From an uncultured Fibrobacteria bacterium (GTDB lineage Bacteria; Fibrobacterota; Fibrobacteria; UBA11236), in assembly GCA_963716395.1 (NCBI GenBank), contig OY970309.1, positions 1,984,001-2,048,000 on the forward strand: a stretch of DNA of 64,000 nt, in the 5' to 3' direction. Both the position numbers and the translations under genes were made by a program. Positions 10,974 to 19,877 of this stretch are shown here, piece after piece (the stretch's first letter is position 1; each line of letters begins with the position of its first letter). Under the pieces are notes generated by a model. It ran no database searches. It was not told where the DNA came from and saw only the letters and a program-made list of their open reading frames with translations.

Positions 10974-12068
10974 ATGAAAATTTTTCCCGTGGTCGGAATG
11001 TTGTGCGTGTGGGCTGCGAGCGCCTCAGCCAAAACCGTGCTGGTGCTTCCCATCGATGCGGACTCGAATGTCGTGAAAGATCTCGGCACCATCCAGCAAT
11101 TGCATTTCGACGCGGTTTCCCAGAATTGCGGTGGAAACGTTGTCCCAGCGGCTGACTCGACGACAACCTGCGATGAAAAATCCTGCGCCGTCGCCCTGGG
11201 CAAAGCGGCCCACGCCGACGAAATCGTTTATTCGTCCATCCGGCAATTGGGATCGAAGTTGCTGTACATCTCGAATATCGTGGACGCCGGCGGCGGAAAT
11301 CTGTTCACCCAACACATGGAGGTGGCCCGCGTCGAGGATTTTGAAAACGCCACGGTCCGCATGGCCGAGGCGATTTGCACCCGCAAATCCATGGAAGACG
11401 TCGCGGACGTGGACAACATCACCGCCGCGGAGGAGACGCAGGTGCAAACCCGGCGCAACAGTTTTTACTACAGCGGAGCGAGTCTCGGGTATTTGTGGCC
11501 GACGGGAAACTCCTTCAGCCGCTATACCACGCATCAGAATTGCGACGCTTTTTATAACTGCACCGACGACACGACGCTGCAGAAATATTCCCAAATCGTC
11601 CGGCTCGGGTGGAACAACTGGTTCGAGTTCAAAAATTCCCTGGCCATGGAAATCGACGCGCTGGTATTCCTGCCGATTTCCATCGGCGCCGACGTGAACT
11701 TGCTGTACCTGTACGGAAAGAGCGACTTCACGCCCTTCGCGGGCGGCGGTTTGGGAATTCACTACGTCTTTCCCGACGAAGCCTATGCCAGCGACAATAA
11801 ACGGAATTCCGGCCCGGCGGTCAACGCCCAGGCCGGCATGATCCTCTTCCGAACTTATGGGGTGAATCTCGTCGTGCGGGGTCAATACCATTTCATCGCG
11901 AATACCGACGAAGACAACGGCTTCAGCGTAGATGTCGGGTTACGTAAGCCCATGAATACGGGCGGGGATGATAAGTACCATCACGTTTCCGCCACGACCT
12001 GGCTGGGCATGGGCATCGGCGTCGCCTATCTGATTGCGATTATCATTGCCGCCGCTAATTCCAAATAA
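10974..12068 (+). CDS. Hypothetical exported protein with a probable outer-membrane beta-barrel domain
   Basis: Signal peptide ASA-K; N-terminal C..C alpha/beta domain; amphipathic strands (PFAGGGLGIHY, NAQAGMILF); C-terminal hydrophobic helix. Confidence 0.55.
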   Translation: MKIFPVVGMLCVWAASASAKTVLVLPIDADSNVVKDLGTIQQLHFDAVSQNCGGNVVPAADSTTTCDEKSCAVALGKAAHADEIVYSSIRQLGSKLLYISNIVDAGGGNLFTQHMEVARVEDFENATVRMAEAICTRKSMEDVADVDNITAAEETQVQTRRNSFYYSGASLGYLWPTGNSFSRYTTHQNCDAFYNCTDDTTLQKYSQIVRLGWNNWFEFKNSLAMEIDALVFLPISIGADVNLLYLYGKSDFTPFAGGGLGIHYVFPDEAYASDNKRNSGPAVNAQAGMILFRTYGVNLVVRGQYHFIANTDEDNGFSVDVGLRKPMNTGGDDKYHHVSATTWLGMGIGVAYLIAIIIAAANSK

Positions 12069-12076
12069 TTGTCCAC

Positions 12077-12102
12077 AAAAAAGGGCCGATGAAATCGGCC
12101 CT
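12077..12102 (-). terminator. Intrinsic terminator between convergent genes
   Basis: Minus strand reads AGGGCCGAT-TTC-ATCGGCCCT followed by a T run. Confidence 0.75.
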
Positions 12103-12129
12103 CGTAACGTCGATAGGAGAAGCCGCCTC

Positions 12130-12432
12130 TTATTCGGCGCAATGTCCGACGACATCATAGGTTTCCATCTGGCCGATCAGCATGTACCGATCGGTTTGGG
12201 TCACGGTGATTCCCTCTACTTTCCCGTTATTGCATTGTTCCGAAAGATCATGGACGAGTTGGTCCAGGTGATCGGCCGGTGTCAGCCAAAAAATATTGAA
12301 CTGATTTAACGAAGAGGAAACTTGTTTGCCTTTGTTCTGACTCGAATCGGGGAAGTGGCCGAATGACGTTGCACACCCTGAAAGAATTAACGTCGCGCCG
12401 AAAGCCAACCAAACCGTTTTTATCTTATTCAC
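12130..12432 (-). CDS. Small lipoprotein (Bor/TRL-like)
   Basis: AAGGAGG RBS, GTG start, lipobox LSGC, two further Cys. Confidence 0.7.
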   Translation of the reverse strand: MNKIKTVWLAFGATLILSGCATSFGHFPDSSQNKGKQVSSSLNQFNIFWLTPADHLDQLVHDLSEQCNNGKVEGITVTQTDRYMLIGQMETYDVVGHCAE

Positions 12433-12465
12433 GAGAGCCTCCTTGATGGGTGGGTAAAGGTTAGC

Positions 12466-14079
12466 ATGTCTGTGTTCCATCACCAACCCCTTTTTGAACT
12501 CGGCGAAGATGCGACACCCTATAAATTACTGACGCCTGATTTCGTCCGCGTCGAAAACTCCGGCGGCCGCGAATTCCTGGCCGTGGACCGCGCAGGTTTG
12601 GTTTTGTTGGCGCGCACGGCCTTGCGCGACATCAATTTCTTCTTCCGCCCCGGGCATCTCGCCAAGCTGCGCGCCATTCTCGATGACCCCGAAGCCTCGG
12701 AAAATGACCGTTTCGTGGCCCTAACCGAATTGCGCAACGCCGTGGTGGCCGCGCAGGGTCAATTGCCCTCCTGCCAGGATACGGGGACGGCCACGGTGTT
12801 CGCCAAAAAAGGCCAGGGCGTGTGGACGGGCTGTGACGACGAAGCCGCCTTGGCCGAAGGCATCGGCCAAACCTATGCGGCCGAAAACCTGCGTTATTCC
12901 CAGGTCGCGCCCCTGTCGATGTTCGAAGAAAAGAACACGGGGTCGAATCTTCCCGCGCAAATCGACATCCACGCCGTGCCCGGGAACGAATACCACTTTC
13001 TCTTTCTGGCCAAGGGCGGCGGCTCGGCCAACAAAAGTTTTCTCTTCCAGGAGACCAAGGCGCGCCTGAACGAAAAGGCGCTGGCCGCCTTTATTCAGGA
13101 AAAATTTTTCAGCCTGGGCACCTCGGCCTGCCCGCCCTATCATCTGGCCGTGGTGATTGGCGGCACCTCGGCCGAAGCCACCCTCAAAACCGTGAAACTG
13201 GCCTCGGCTGGTTATCTCGATGCGTTGCCCACCTCGGGTAACGGCGGTGGCCGCGCCTTCCGCGATTTGGAATGGGAAGATCGCGTGCAGCGCCTGGCCT
13301 GCGACAGCCGCATCGGCGCGCAATTCGGCGGCAAATATTTCGTGCATGACGTGCGCGTGATCCGGCTGCCGCGCCACGCGGCCTCGTGTCCCATCGGCCT
13401 GGGCGTGAGCTGCAGCGCCGACCGCAACGCCAAGGCCAAAATCACCGCCGCGGGGATTTTTCTCGAACAACTGGAGACGCGACCCGATCGCTTCGTGCCG
13501 GATGCCGTCGGGCCGGCGGCGGCGCCGGCGGTGCGCATCGATCTGAACCGGCCCATGGCGGAGATTCTGCAAGAGCTGGGGCGGCATCCCGTCAAAACCC
13601 GGCTCAGCCTAAACGGTCCGTTGATCGTGGCGCGCGATGCGGCCCATGCCCGTATTCAGCAAATGCTCGACGCCGGCCAGCCCATGCCCGATTATTTCCG
13701 GCTCCATCCGGTTTATTATGCCGGTCCCGCCAAGACGCCGGCAGGCATGGCTTCGGGCAGCTTCGGGCCCACGACCGCGGGACGTATGGACGGTTATGTC
13801 GATAGCTTTATGGCTCGGGGCGGATCGATGGTAATGCTGGCCAAGGGCAACCGCTCGCCGGTGGTGCGCGAAGCCTGCCGGAAGCACGGCGGGTTCTACC
13901 TCGGGTCTATCGGCGGGCCCGCGGCCATTCTGGCCCAGGAAAGCATCGTCAAGGTCGAGGTCATCGACTTCGCGGAGTTGGGCATGGAAGCGGTGCGCCG
14001 CATTGAGGTCAAGGATTTCCCCGCCTTTATTGTGATCGACGACAAGGGGCATGACTTTTTCGCCGACCTCCGGGAGTAA
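12466..14079 (+). CDS. fumA: Class I (Fe-S) fumarate hydratase
   Basis: [38 protein letters not shown]. Confidence 0.95.
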   Translation: MSVFHHQPLFELGEDATPYKLLTPDFVRVENSGGREFLAVDRAGLVLLARTALRDINFFFRPGHLAKLRAILDDPEASENDRFVALTELRNAVVAAQGQLPSCQDTGTATVFAKKGQGVWTGCDDEAALAEGIGQTYAAENLRYSQVAPLSMFEEKNTGSNLPAQIDIHAVPGNEYHFLFLAKGGGSANKSFLFQETKARLNEKALAAFIQEKFFSLGTSACPPYHLAVVIGGTSAEATLKTVKLASAGYLDALPTSGNGGGRAFRDLEWEDRVQRLACDSRIGAQFGGKYFVHDVRVIRLPRHAASCPIGLGVSCSADRNAKAKITAAGIFLEQLETRPDRFVPDAVGPAAAPAVRIDLNRPMAEILQELGRHPVKTRLSLNGPLIVARDAAHARIQQMLDAGQPMPDYFRLHPVYYAGPAKTPAGMASGSFGPTTAGRMDGYVDSFMARGGSMVMLAKGNRSPVVREACRKHGGFYLGSIGGPAAILAQESIVKVEVIDFAELGMEAVRRIEVKDFPAFIVIDDKGHDFFADLRE

Positions 14080-14086
14080 CTTCGCC

Positions 14087-15013
14087 GTGACTATCAAAAT
14101 CTGCGTGGTGCTTTCCCCGGCGGCCGGCCCGGCCGGCTTCGCCCGCCTGATCCATCCGGGGAGCCGCGAAGATTTGGTGCGCATCGTGGTGCAGCGCCAC
14201 GCCTCCGCCGGCGAATTGGAGGAGTTGGCCGAATGCCTGGAAGAACTGGCCGAGCAGCCCGTGCTGCGCGCACCGGCCGATCCCGCGACCTTGCATGGGG
14301 GTTCGCTGTGCCTGTTGGGCGAAGCCGCCGACGTTCGCCTGGAAGGATACCGGCTCATTCTTGGTGAGAAGGGGCAGGCTTTGGATTTGGACGCCTTTCT
14401 CGCTGCCCTGGCGCCTTGGCGGGAAAAGGCGGCGGTGTCGGTGCTGCCGGGTTTGGAAATTCCCCATGCGGCGCGGCGCGGTTTGTCCGCGCTGACCGAG
14501 AGCGGCGCCGCCTTGTTCGCGGCGGCCGAAGACGTGGATCCCCAAGGTTGGTCGGCGGGGCTTCAGGCCGCGGGGATTCCCCTGCGGCGAGTGCCGTGGA
14601 AGGCGTTGGGCGATCCGGCGCCCTCCGCGCCGCCCGGAGAACGGCGGCTTTTGCTGGCCGATGACGACGCCGTGATGCGCACAGTGTGGGGCGAGTTGTG
14701 CCGCTTGCAGGGGTTCGCCTGCGAAGACGCCGCCGACGGCATTGACGTTTTGAAAATGCTGCGTCAAGGACGCTATGACGGTTTGATTCTCGATCTCAAC
14801 ATGCCGGAGATGGATGGGGTCGAGGCCTTGCGCCGCCTGCGCAGCGAATGGCCTCTGTTGCCGGTGCTGGTGATCAGCGGCGAAACCGACCCCGAAGTTC
14901 TGGAGCGGGTGCGGGCTTTGGGCGCCGTGGGCGTGTTGAACAAAGCCTATTCCAACGAACAATTCCAGCGCGCCTTGTCGGTATTCGCCGACAGCAAACC
15001 CGGCGCGGTGTAA
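14087..15013 (+). CDS. Orphan response-regulator-like protein: unassigned N-terminal domain plus C-terminal receiver (start uncertain)
   Basis: LLLADDD, ILDLNMPEMDG, VISG and LNK receiver motifs in the last ~120 aa. Confidence 0.75.
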   Translation: MTIKICVVLSPAAGPAGFARLIHPGSREDLVRIVVQRHASAGELEELAECLEELAEQPVLRAPADPATLHGGSLCLLGEAADVRLEGYRLILGEKGQALDLDAFLAALAPWREKAAVSVLPGLEIPHAARRGLSALTESGAALFAAAEDVDPQGWSAGLQAAGIPLRRVPWKALGDPAPSAPPGERRLLLADDDAVMRTVWGELCRLQGFACEDAADGIDVLKMLRQGRYDGLILDLNMPEMDGVEALRRLRSEWPLLPVLVISGETDPEVLERVRALGAVGVLNKAYSNEQFQRALSVFADSKPGAV

Positions 15014-15034
15014 AAAAAGCCCGCGACGCGGGCT
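15012..15034 (-). terminator. Intrinsic terminator
   Basis: Minus strand reads AGCCCGC-GTC-GCGGGCT then TTTTTT, downstream of 15063-15440. Confidence 0.7.
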
Positions 15035-15062
15035 GGGCGTGCTTGAAGCTTGGGTCGCGCCG

Positions 15063-15440
15063 TCAGGCGGCGACGGAGTCGAACTGGCGGCGCCGATGCA
15101 TGCGCACGAAATTGGCGCGGCGGAAATCGTTGCGGTGCTCGACGCAATAGCGCGGATAGACGAATTGCTTGGGGAACACCTTGACCACGTATTTCTGTAG
15201 GCAGCCTTCCAGGCAGCAGAGAAAGTCGAGATCGAGCACTTCGGTATAATTGTGCTTGAACACCATGTTCTTGACGTCGACGCTTTCGAATTCCTTTTTA
15301 TGCTTGGCCCGCTGCTTGATGTCGCGGTGCAACTCGCAATATTTCGCGATGGGATGCCCCCAGAACTCGCGGCCGCACCCGGGTTCCTGGCATACTTTGA
15401 GCTTGATCCGCTTCTTTTTTTTGTATTTGGGCAGCTGCAT
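15063..15440 (-). CDS. Small basic protein with two putative C3H zinc-binding motifs
   Basis: KYKKKKRIKLK N-terminus; CQEPGC...YCELH and CCLEGC...YCVEH; gene-like codon usage and its own terminator. Confidence 0.75.
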   Translation of the reverse strand: MQLPKYKKKKRIKLKVCQEPGCGREFWGHPIAKYCELHRDIKQRAKHKKEFESVDVKNMVFKHNYTEVLDLDFLCCLEGCLQKYVVKVFPKQFVYPRYCVEHRNDFRRANFVRMHRRRQFDSVAA

Positions 15441-15624
15441 CGAAATTTCCCCGGGCTAAGGCGCTTTTTTACAAGATACCAAAGCAAATGGTACTCATGG
15501 GTACCCCTGCGATTACGAATGCTAAAAAGTTAAGGCCTGGCTCAGGATTTGCAAGAGCGAAGCGTAGCGCAATGGGGACTCATTCAATTCCAAAAGCCCC
15601 ACCTTCTCCAGCGGAGCGTGCGTG

Positions 15625-16788
15625 TTACCCTGGTTCGGCCGCGAAATAATCTTCAATGAGATGCGCGAAAAAAGCGATTCCCGTGGCCAGGGCCGTGTCG
15701 TTGAAATCGAAACGGGGATTGTGGAGCGGTCCGCGATCCATGCCCAGCCCCAGCCAGCCGTAGGCGCCGGGCACCCGTTCCAGAAAATAGGCGAAGTCTT
15801 CGCCGCCCATGCTCGGCGGCATCGCGCGCAAGCCGTCGGCACCCAGCGCGCGGATCACCGCCGCGCGCGCCCGCGCGGCCATGCCGGGGTCGTTCACCGT
15901 GGGCGGGCAGGCCTCGATCCATTCGAGTTCATCGGCGACCTCGTGGGCCGCGGCCACCCCGTGCGCCAGGGCTTCGAAGTCGGCGCGCAGCCGGGCCCGC
16001 CGCTCCGGGTCGAGGGTACGCAAGGTACCCCGTAACAGGCAGGTTTCAGGGATGACATTGGGGGCTTCACCGGCGGAGATGTGGCCGAAGGTGAGAACAC
16101 CGGGCTCCCGGGGCGGAAGCCGCCGGCTGATCAGGGTTTGCGCCGCGGAGATCAGCGCGGCTCCGGCCACGATGGGATCGCGCGCCAGATGCGGCATGGC
16201 GCCGTGCCCGCCCCGGCCGCGCAACCGCAATTCGAAATTGTCGACCGCCGCCATCACCGGGCCATCGGGAACCGCGACCGTGCCCAGCGGCAATTCGGGC
16301 CAGCCGTGCAGGGCGAACACGGCTTCCACCTGCGGCGCTGCGAGAACGCCGTCAGCGATGAGCTGGGGCGCGCCCAGGCCCGTTTCTTCGGCGGGCTGGA
16401 AGATCAGTTTCACCGATTGCGGATACCGCCGGCCGCGGCGGTGGAGCCAACGTGCCACCCCGAGCAGCATGGTCATGTGGCCGTCATGCCCGCAGGCGTG
16501 CATCACGCCGGCGCGGGCCGATGCCCAGGGCAGCCCCGAGGCTTCCTGCAACGGTAGGGCATCCATGTCGGCGCGCAAGGCCAGGGCTCGTGAGGGGTCG
16601 GCGCCTTCCCAGACCGCCACCACACCCGCCTGATCCGGAAAAACCTGGGGCGTGAAACCCAAAGCGCGCAGCGCGTCGATCAGGGCGTCGCGCGTTGCGA
16701 ATTCGACGCCGCTCAGTTCGGGATTCCCGTGCAACCGGCGGCGGAGCGGCCGGACTTCTTCGGCCAGGACGGTGAAAAGTGAATCCAC
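15625..16788 (-). CDS. M20D amidohydrolase
   Basis: LHGNPELS, LRADMDALP, MHACGHDGH, FQPAEE, GGHGAMPH, EDFAY, LHNPRF. Confidence 0.93.
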   Translation of the reverse strand: MDSLFTVLAEEVRPLRRRLHGNPELSGVEFATRDALIDALRALGFTPQVFPDQAGVVAVWEGADPSRALALRADMDALPLQEASGLPWASARAGVMHACGHDGHMTMLLGVARWLHRRGRRYPQSVKLIFQPAEETGLGAPQLIADGVLAAPQVEAVFALHGWPELPLGTVAVPDGPVMAAVDNFELRLRGRGGHGAMPHLARDPIVAGAALISAAQTLISRRLPPREPGVLTFGHISAGEAPNVIPETCLLRGTLRTLDPERRARLRADFEALAHGVAAAHEVADELEWIEACPPTVNDPGMAARARAAVIRALGADGLRAMPPSMGGEDFAYFLERVPGAYGWLGLGMDRGPLHNPRFDFNDTALATGIAFFAHLIEDYFAAEPG

Positions 16789-16798
16789 GGCTTTCCTT

Positions 16799-17713
16799 TC
16801 AGCCTTCCAGGCCCGCCATCGTTGCGGGACCGGTGGGGAAGAGGTAGCGCAGCGGATCGACCCGCTCGTCGTTGATCAGCATTTCGAAATGCAAGTGGGG
16901 CCCGGTGGCCGCGCCGCTTTGGCCGATGGTGCCGAGAATTTGTCCCCGCACCACGGATTCGCCGGTGGTGACGCGCAATTGCTGCAAGTGGGCGTAGAAG
17001 GTTTCGATACGTGCCGTATGGCGCACACGCACGCACCAGCCCCACACCGGATCCTGATCGGCTTCGGTCACCACTCCGCCACCGGCCGCATACACCGGCG
17101 CGCCGGGCCGCAGGCTGAAGTCGACGCCTCCGTGCATGCTGCGCCGTTCCGTGAAGGGGTCGAGGCTCATGCCGAAGGGGCGGATGACCAGGGCGCGCGG
17201 ATTGACCGGATAGGAAGTGGGCATGAGGCTCGCCAGGTCGCGGTGCCGTGCCAGCACGAACAGCGAAGAGTCGAAAAACAGGGAGGCCCGCTGCGCCTGC
17301 GACAAGGCCCGGTTCAAATCCGCGTTGCGATCCTCGTCGCCGAAGTGGAACAGCCGGTACAGCCCGGAATGGGTTTCGACGCGCGGCGTCTCGGGCGTTT
17401 CGAGCCCGGCGCTGAACAAGGCGTTGATGCGCGCCGACTCTAGGCTGTCCAGGCTTTGGTCGATGGCCGCATTCCCGCGTTCGAGGGCGACGACGCGCTC
17501 GCGCAATACCTGGTTTTCGCGCGCTTCGCGCCGGCGTTCCGCCCGCCGCGCCGGATTTTCGCGCAGGCTGCCCGAAAGCGCCAGCCAAAACCCCAGCAGG
17601 CACAGGGGTACCATCGTGCCCAACACCGCCACGCCCAGCTTGCGGGAAAAGGAAATGACGCGCACGCGCGAGGAATCGCGCGGGATAAAGTGGATGCGGA
17701 TTTTGAGATCCAT
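16799..17713 (-). CDS. M23 family metallopeptidase with N-terminal TM and coiled coil
   Basis: HGGVD (HxxxD), YAHL, TGPHLHFE, VDPLRY. Confidence 0.9.
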   Translation of the reverse strand: MDLKIRIHFIPRDSSRVRVISFSRKLGVAVLGTMVPLCLLGFWLALSGSLRENPARRAERRREARENQVLRERVVALERGNAAIDQSLDSLESARINALFSAGLETPETPRVETHSGLYRLFHFGDEDRNADLNRALSQAQRASLFFDSSLFVLARHRDLASLMPTSYPVNPRALVIRPFGMSLDPFTERRSMHGGVDFSLRPGAPVYAAGGGVVTEADQDPVWGWCVRVRHTARIETFYAHLQQLRVTTGESVVRGQILGTIGQSGAATGPHLHFEMLINDERVDPLRYLFPTGPATMAGLEG

Positions 17714-17738
17714 CGGGGCGTCCGCGATGGAAGCCGGA

Positions 17739-18047
17739 TCAGCGCGGCCGTTTGCTTTCGGCCAGCTTCGCTTCGAGGTCGGTGATTTCCAGCTTACGCC
17801 GGGCGATCTCCGCTTGCAGTTCCGACACGCCAGCGCGTTCGGCAAACCCCTGGAGACCGTCGGGCTGCTCCAGGGCGGCGTGCGCCTCTTTGCCGAGTTC
17901 GGTGAAAGCGCGCTGCAGTTTTCGGCGTTCGGCCATCAAATCCAAATGCAGCTTGCCGGTGCGCGCGGCGTCTTCGATCTTGGTCGCCGACGAATGCGCA
18001 CCGGCCAACACCTTGGACTTCAGCCGTTCCAAAAAATTGTAGTCCAT
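17739..18047 (-). CDS. Hypothetical helical protein
   Basis: AAGGGA RBS; 102 aa, coiled-coil-like; co-oriented with neighbours. Confidence 0.65.
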   Translation of the reverse strand: MDYNFLERLKSKVLAGAHSSATKIEDAARTGKLHLDLMAERRKLQRAFTELGKEAHAALEQPDGLQGFAERAGVSELQAEIARRKLEITDLEAKLAESKRPR

Positions 18048-18169
18048 GTGTCCCTTTCGTCCCTCTCAACCTTCCGCCTCGAATCTTGGTCCGCACCGGA
18101 AGACACAGGGTAATTTAGCAAGAATCCCCAGGCGCGCCCCGCCCGGCGCCTGCGGGCCCGTCGGCTCGC

Positions 18170-18403
18170 TCAAAGTCCCGGGGACTCGGGGCTTTCGTCG
18201 CGCGTGTCGGAGTCGCGGCGTTCCATTTCGGCCAACAGGGTTTCCCGGATGATTTGCCGAAAATTGTTTTCGACGAATTCGAAGAGATCGTCCTGCTTGG
18301 CGTTGGGGTCGTCGAGCATCATTTCCTGCACGCACAAGGCGGTGGAGATCATGATTTCTTTGACCAGATCTTCGTCGTACATCTTTTTGATCGGCTCGGA
18401 CAC
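18170..18403 (-). CDS. Small acidic hypothetical protein
   Basis: 77 aa with protein-like composition; downstream of a sigma70-type promoter. Confidence 0.65.
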   Translation of the reverse strand: MSEPIKKMYDEDLVKEIMISTALCVQEMMLDDPNAKQDDLFEFVENNFRQIIRETLLAEMERRDSDTRDESPESPGL

Positions 18404-18444
18404 TCAGAACCCCGCGCGGACTTCCCAAAGCGGCGCGCCTTCGA

Positions 18445-18473
18445 ATTATACGACGGCCGACCCCGCCGAACAA
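18445..18473 (-). promoter_or_regulatory. Sigma70-type promoter
   Basis: TTGTTC-N17-TATAAT on the minus strand upstream of 18403. Confidence 0.55.
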
Positions 18474-18575
18474 CCGCGTAACATGAGGTCATTTAGTATC
18501 TTCAGCTTTTGTTTTTCCCGAAGATGTCGTTGGCAAAATCCTGCATGCCGGCGCTGTGCCGCCGCGGAGCTTTGA

Positions 18576-19877
18576 ATGGCTGAGACCCCTTCTGCGCCCG
18601 AATCGCCCAAAGGCTGGCGACACGCAGGTCGTACCTTCGTGCGTGAATTCGTCATCCCCATCGCGCTGGCGCTGCTCTTCATCCAATTCGTGGTCCAAGC
18701 CTTCAAGATTCCCTCGGCCTCCATGGAAGATACGCTCAAGGTCGGCGATTTTCTGCTGGGCCTCAAGTTCGTGTACGGCTCGCCCATTCCTTTTTCGCAC
18801 CGGCGGCTGCCGGCGCTCTCCGAACCCAAGCCCGGAGACGTGCTCATCTTCCGCTATCCCGGCGATCCGTCTTATCCCGAAGGGAAACCCGAACGTTACC
18901 GCTTTCTGGCCAACCTCTTTCTGTTCGGCAACCTCTACTGGGATCGCACGCCGGCCGCGGGGGAAAACCATCTGGTGTGGTATGCGCCCAAGGACTTCAT
19001 CAAACGGTGCGTGGCCCGAAGCGGTCAGGTGTTGCGGGTATCGGGCCCCCATGTCTATGTCGACGGCAAGGAATTTCCCCTGCCGCCCCGGGGCAAATAC
19101 CGCGAAGACCGCGGCTACGATTCCATTCGCGACAACCTGGTATTCCGCCTGCCCAAACCCGGTGACACCTACGATTTCGACACCCTGTCTTTGACCCGCG
19201 CCTGCTGGATCCGCTCCTTGGCCATCCAGGAAAACCCCGGCCACAAGGTCGAACTGGCCCTGGATTTGTGGCGCGATTCGGTGGTCGACGACGACTACAT
19301 CCTGCCTTATATCAACGGCGACGCCAACAATCCCAACCATCAGGCGGCGCTCTACTATCTGGGCGTACCCCTGGAGCGGCGCGTGGCCGGCACCGTGGAA
19401 TACTGGCATGCCGAAAACGTGCCCTTCCGCCGCATCCAACAAATCGCGGCCACAGGTTACATCCGCACCACCGATTTGCTGCCGCCCGAATTGCGTCCCT
19501 CCGGTGGCCGGCGGGTGGAAAGCAACGAATACTACATGGGCAATTACCTCCAGCTCATCGCCCAGAATCTGCGCGATCAGGGGTTGGCGGCCCACAGGCA
19601 ATACCGACTGCATACCGCCCTGATCATCGACGGCCATCGATCCAACCGCTATACCATCAAGATGCCGTGCTACTTCATGATGGGCGACAACCGCGACAAT
19701 TCCTCCGACAGCCGCTATTGGGGCCCGTTGTCGCTCAACAACGTCAAGGCCAAAGCCTTCATCATTTATTTCTCCTTTGAGAACGACGACAACGGTTTCA
19801 ACTTTTCCAACCCCCTTAGCTGGCTTTCCATTCCCACGCGCATCCGGTGGACGCGCCTCGGCAAACTCATCCATTGA
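18576..19877 (+). CDS. lepB: Signal peptidase I with large internal insertion
   Basis: IPSASMEDTL (Ser), DFIKRCVA (Lys), GDNRDNSSDSRYWG. Confidence 0.93.
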   Translation: MAETPSAPESPKGWRHAGRTFVREFVIPIALALLFIQFVVQAFKIPSASMEDTLKVGDFLLGLKFVYGSPIPFSHRRLPALSEPKPGDVLIFRYPGDPSYPEGKPERYRFLANLFLFGNLYWDRTPAAGENHLVWYAPKDFIKRCVARSGQVLRVSGPHVYVDGKEFPLPPRGKYREDRGYDSIRDNLVFRLPKPGDTYDFDTLSLTRACWIRSLAIQENPGHKVELALDLWRDSVVDDDYILPYINGDANNPNHQAALYYLGVPLERRVAGTVEYWHAENVPFRRIQQIAATGYIRTTDLLPPELRPSGGRRVESNEYYMGNYLQLIAQNLRDQGLAAHRQYRLHTALIIDGHRSNRYTIKMPCYFMMGDNRDNSSDSRYWGPLSLNNVKAKAFIIYFSFENDDNGFNFSNPLSWLSIPTRIRWTRLGKLIH

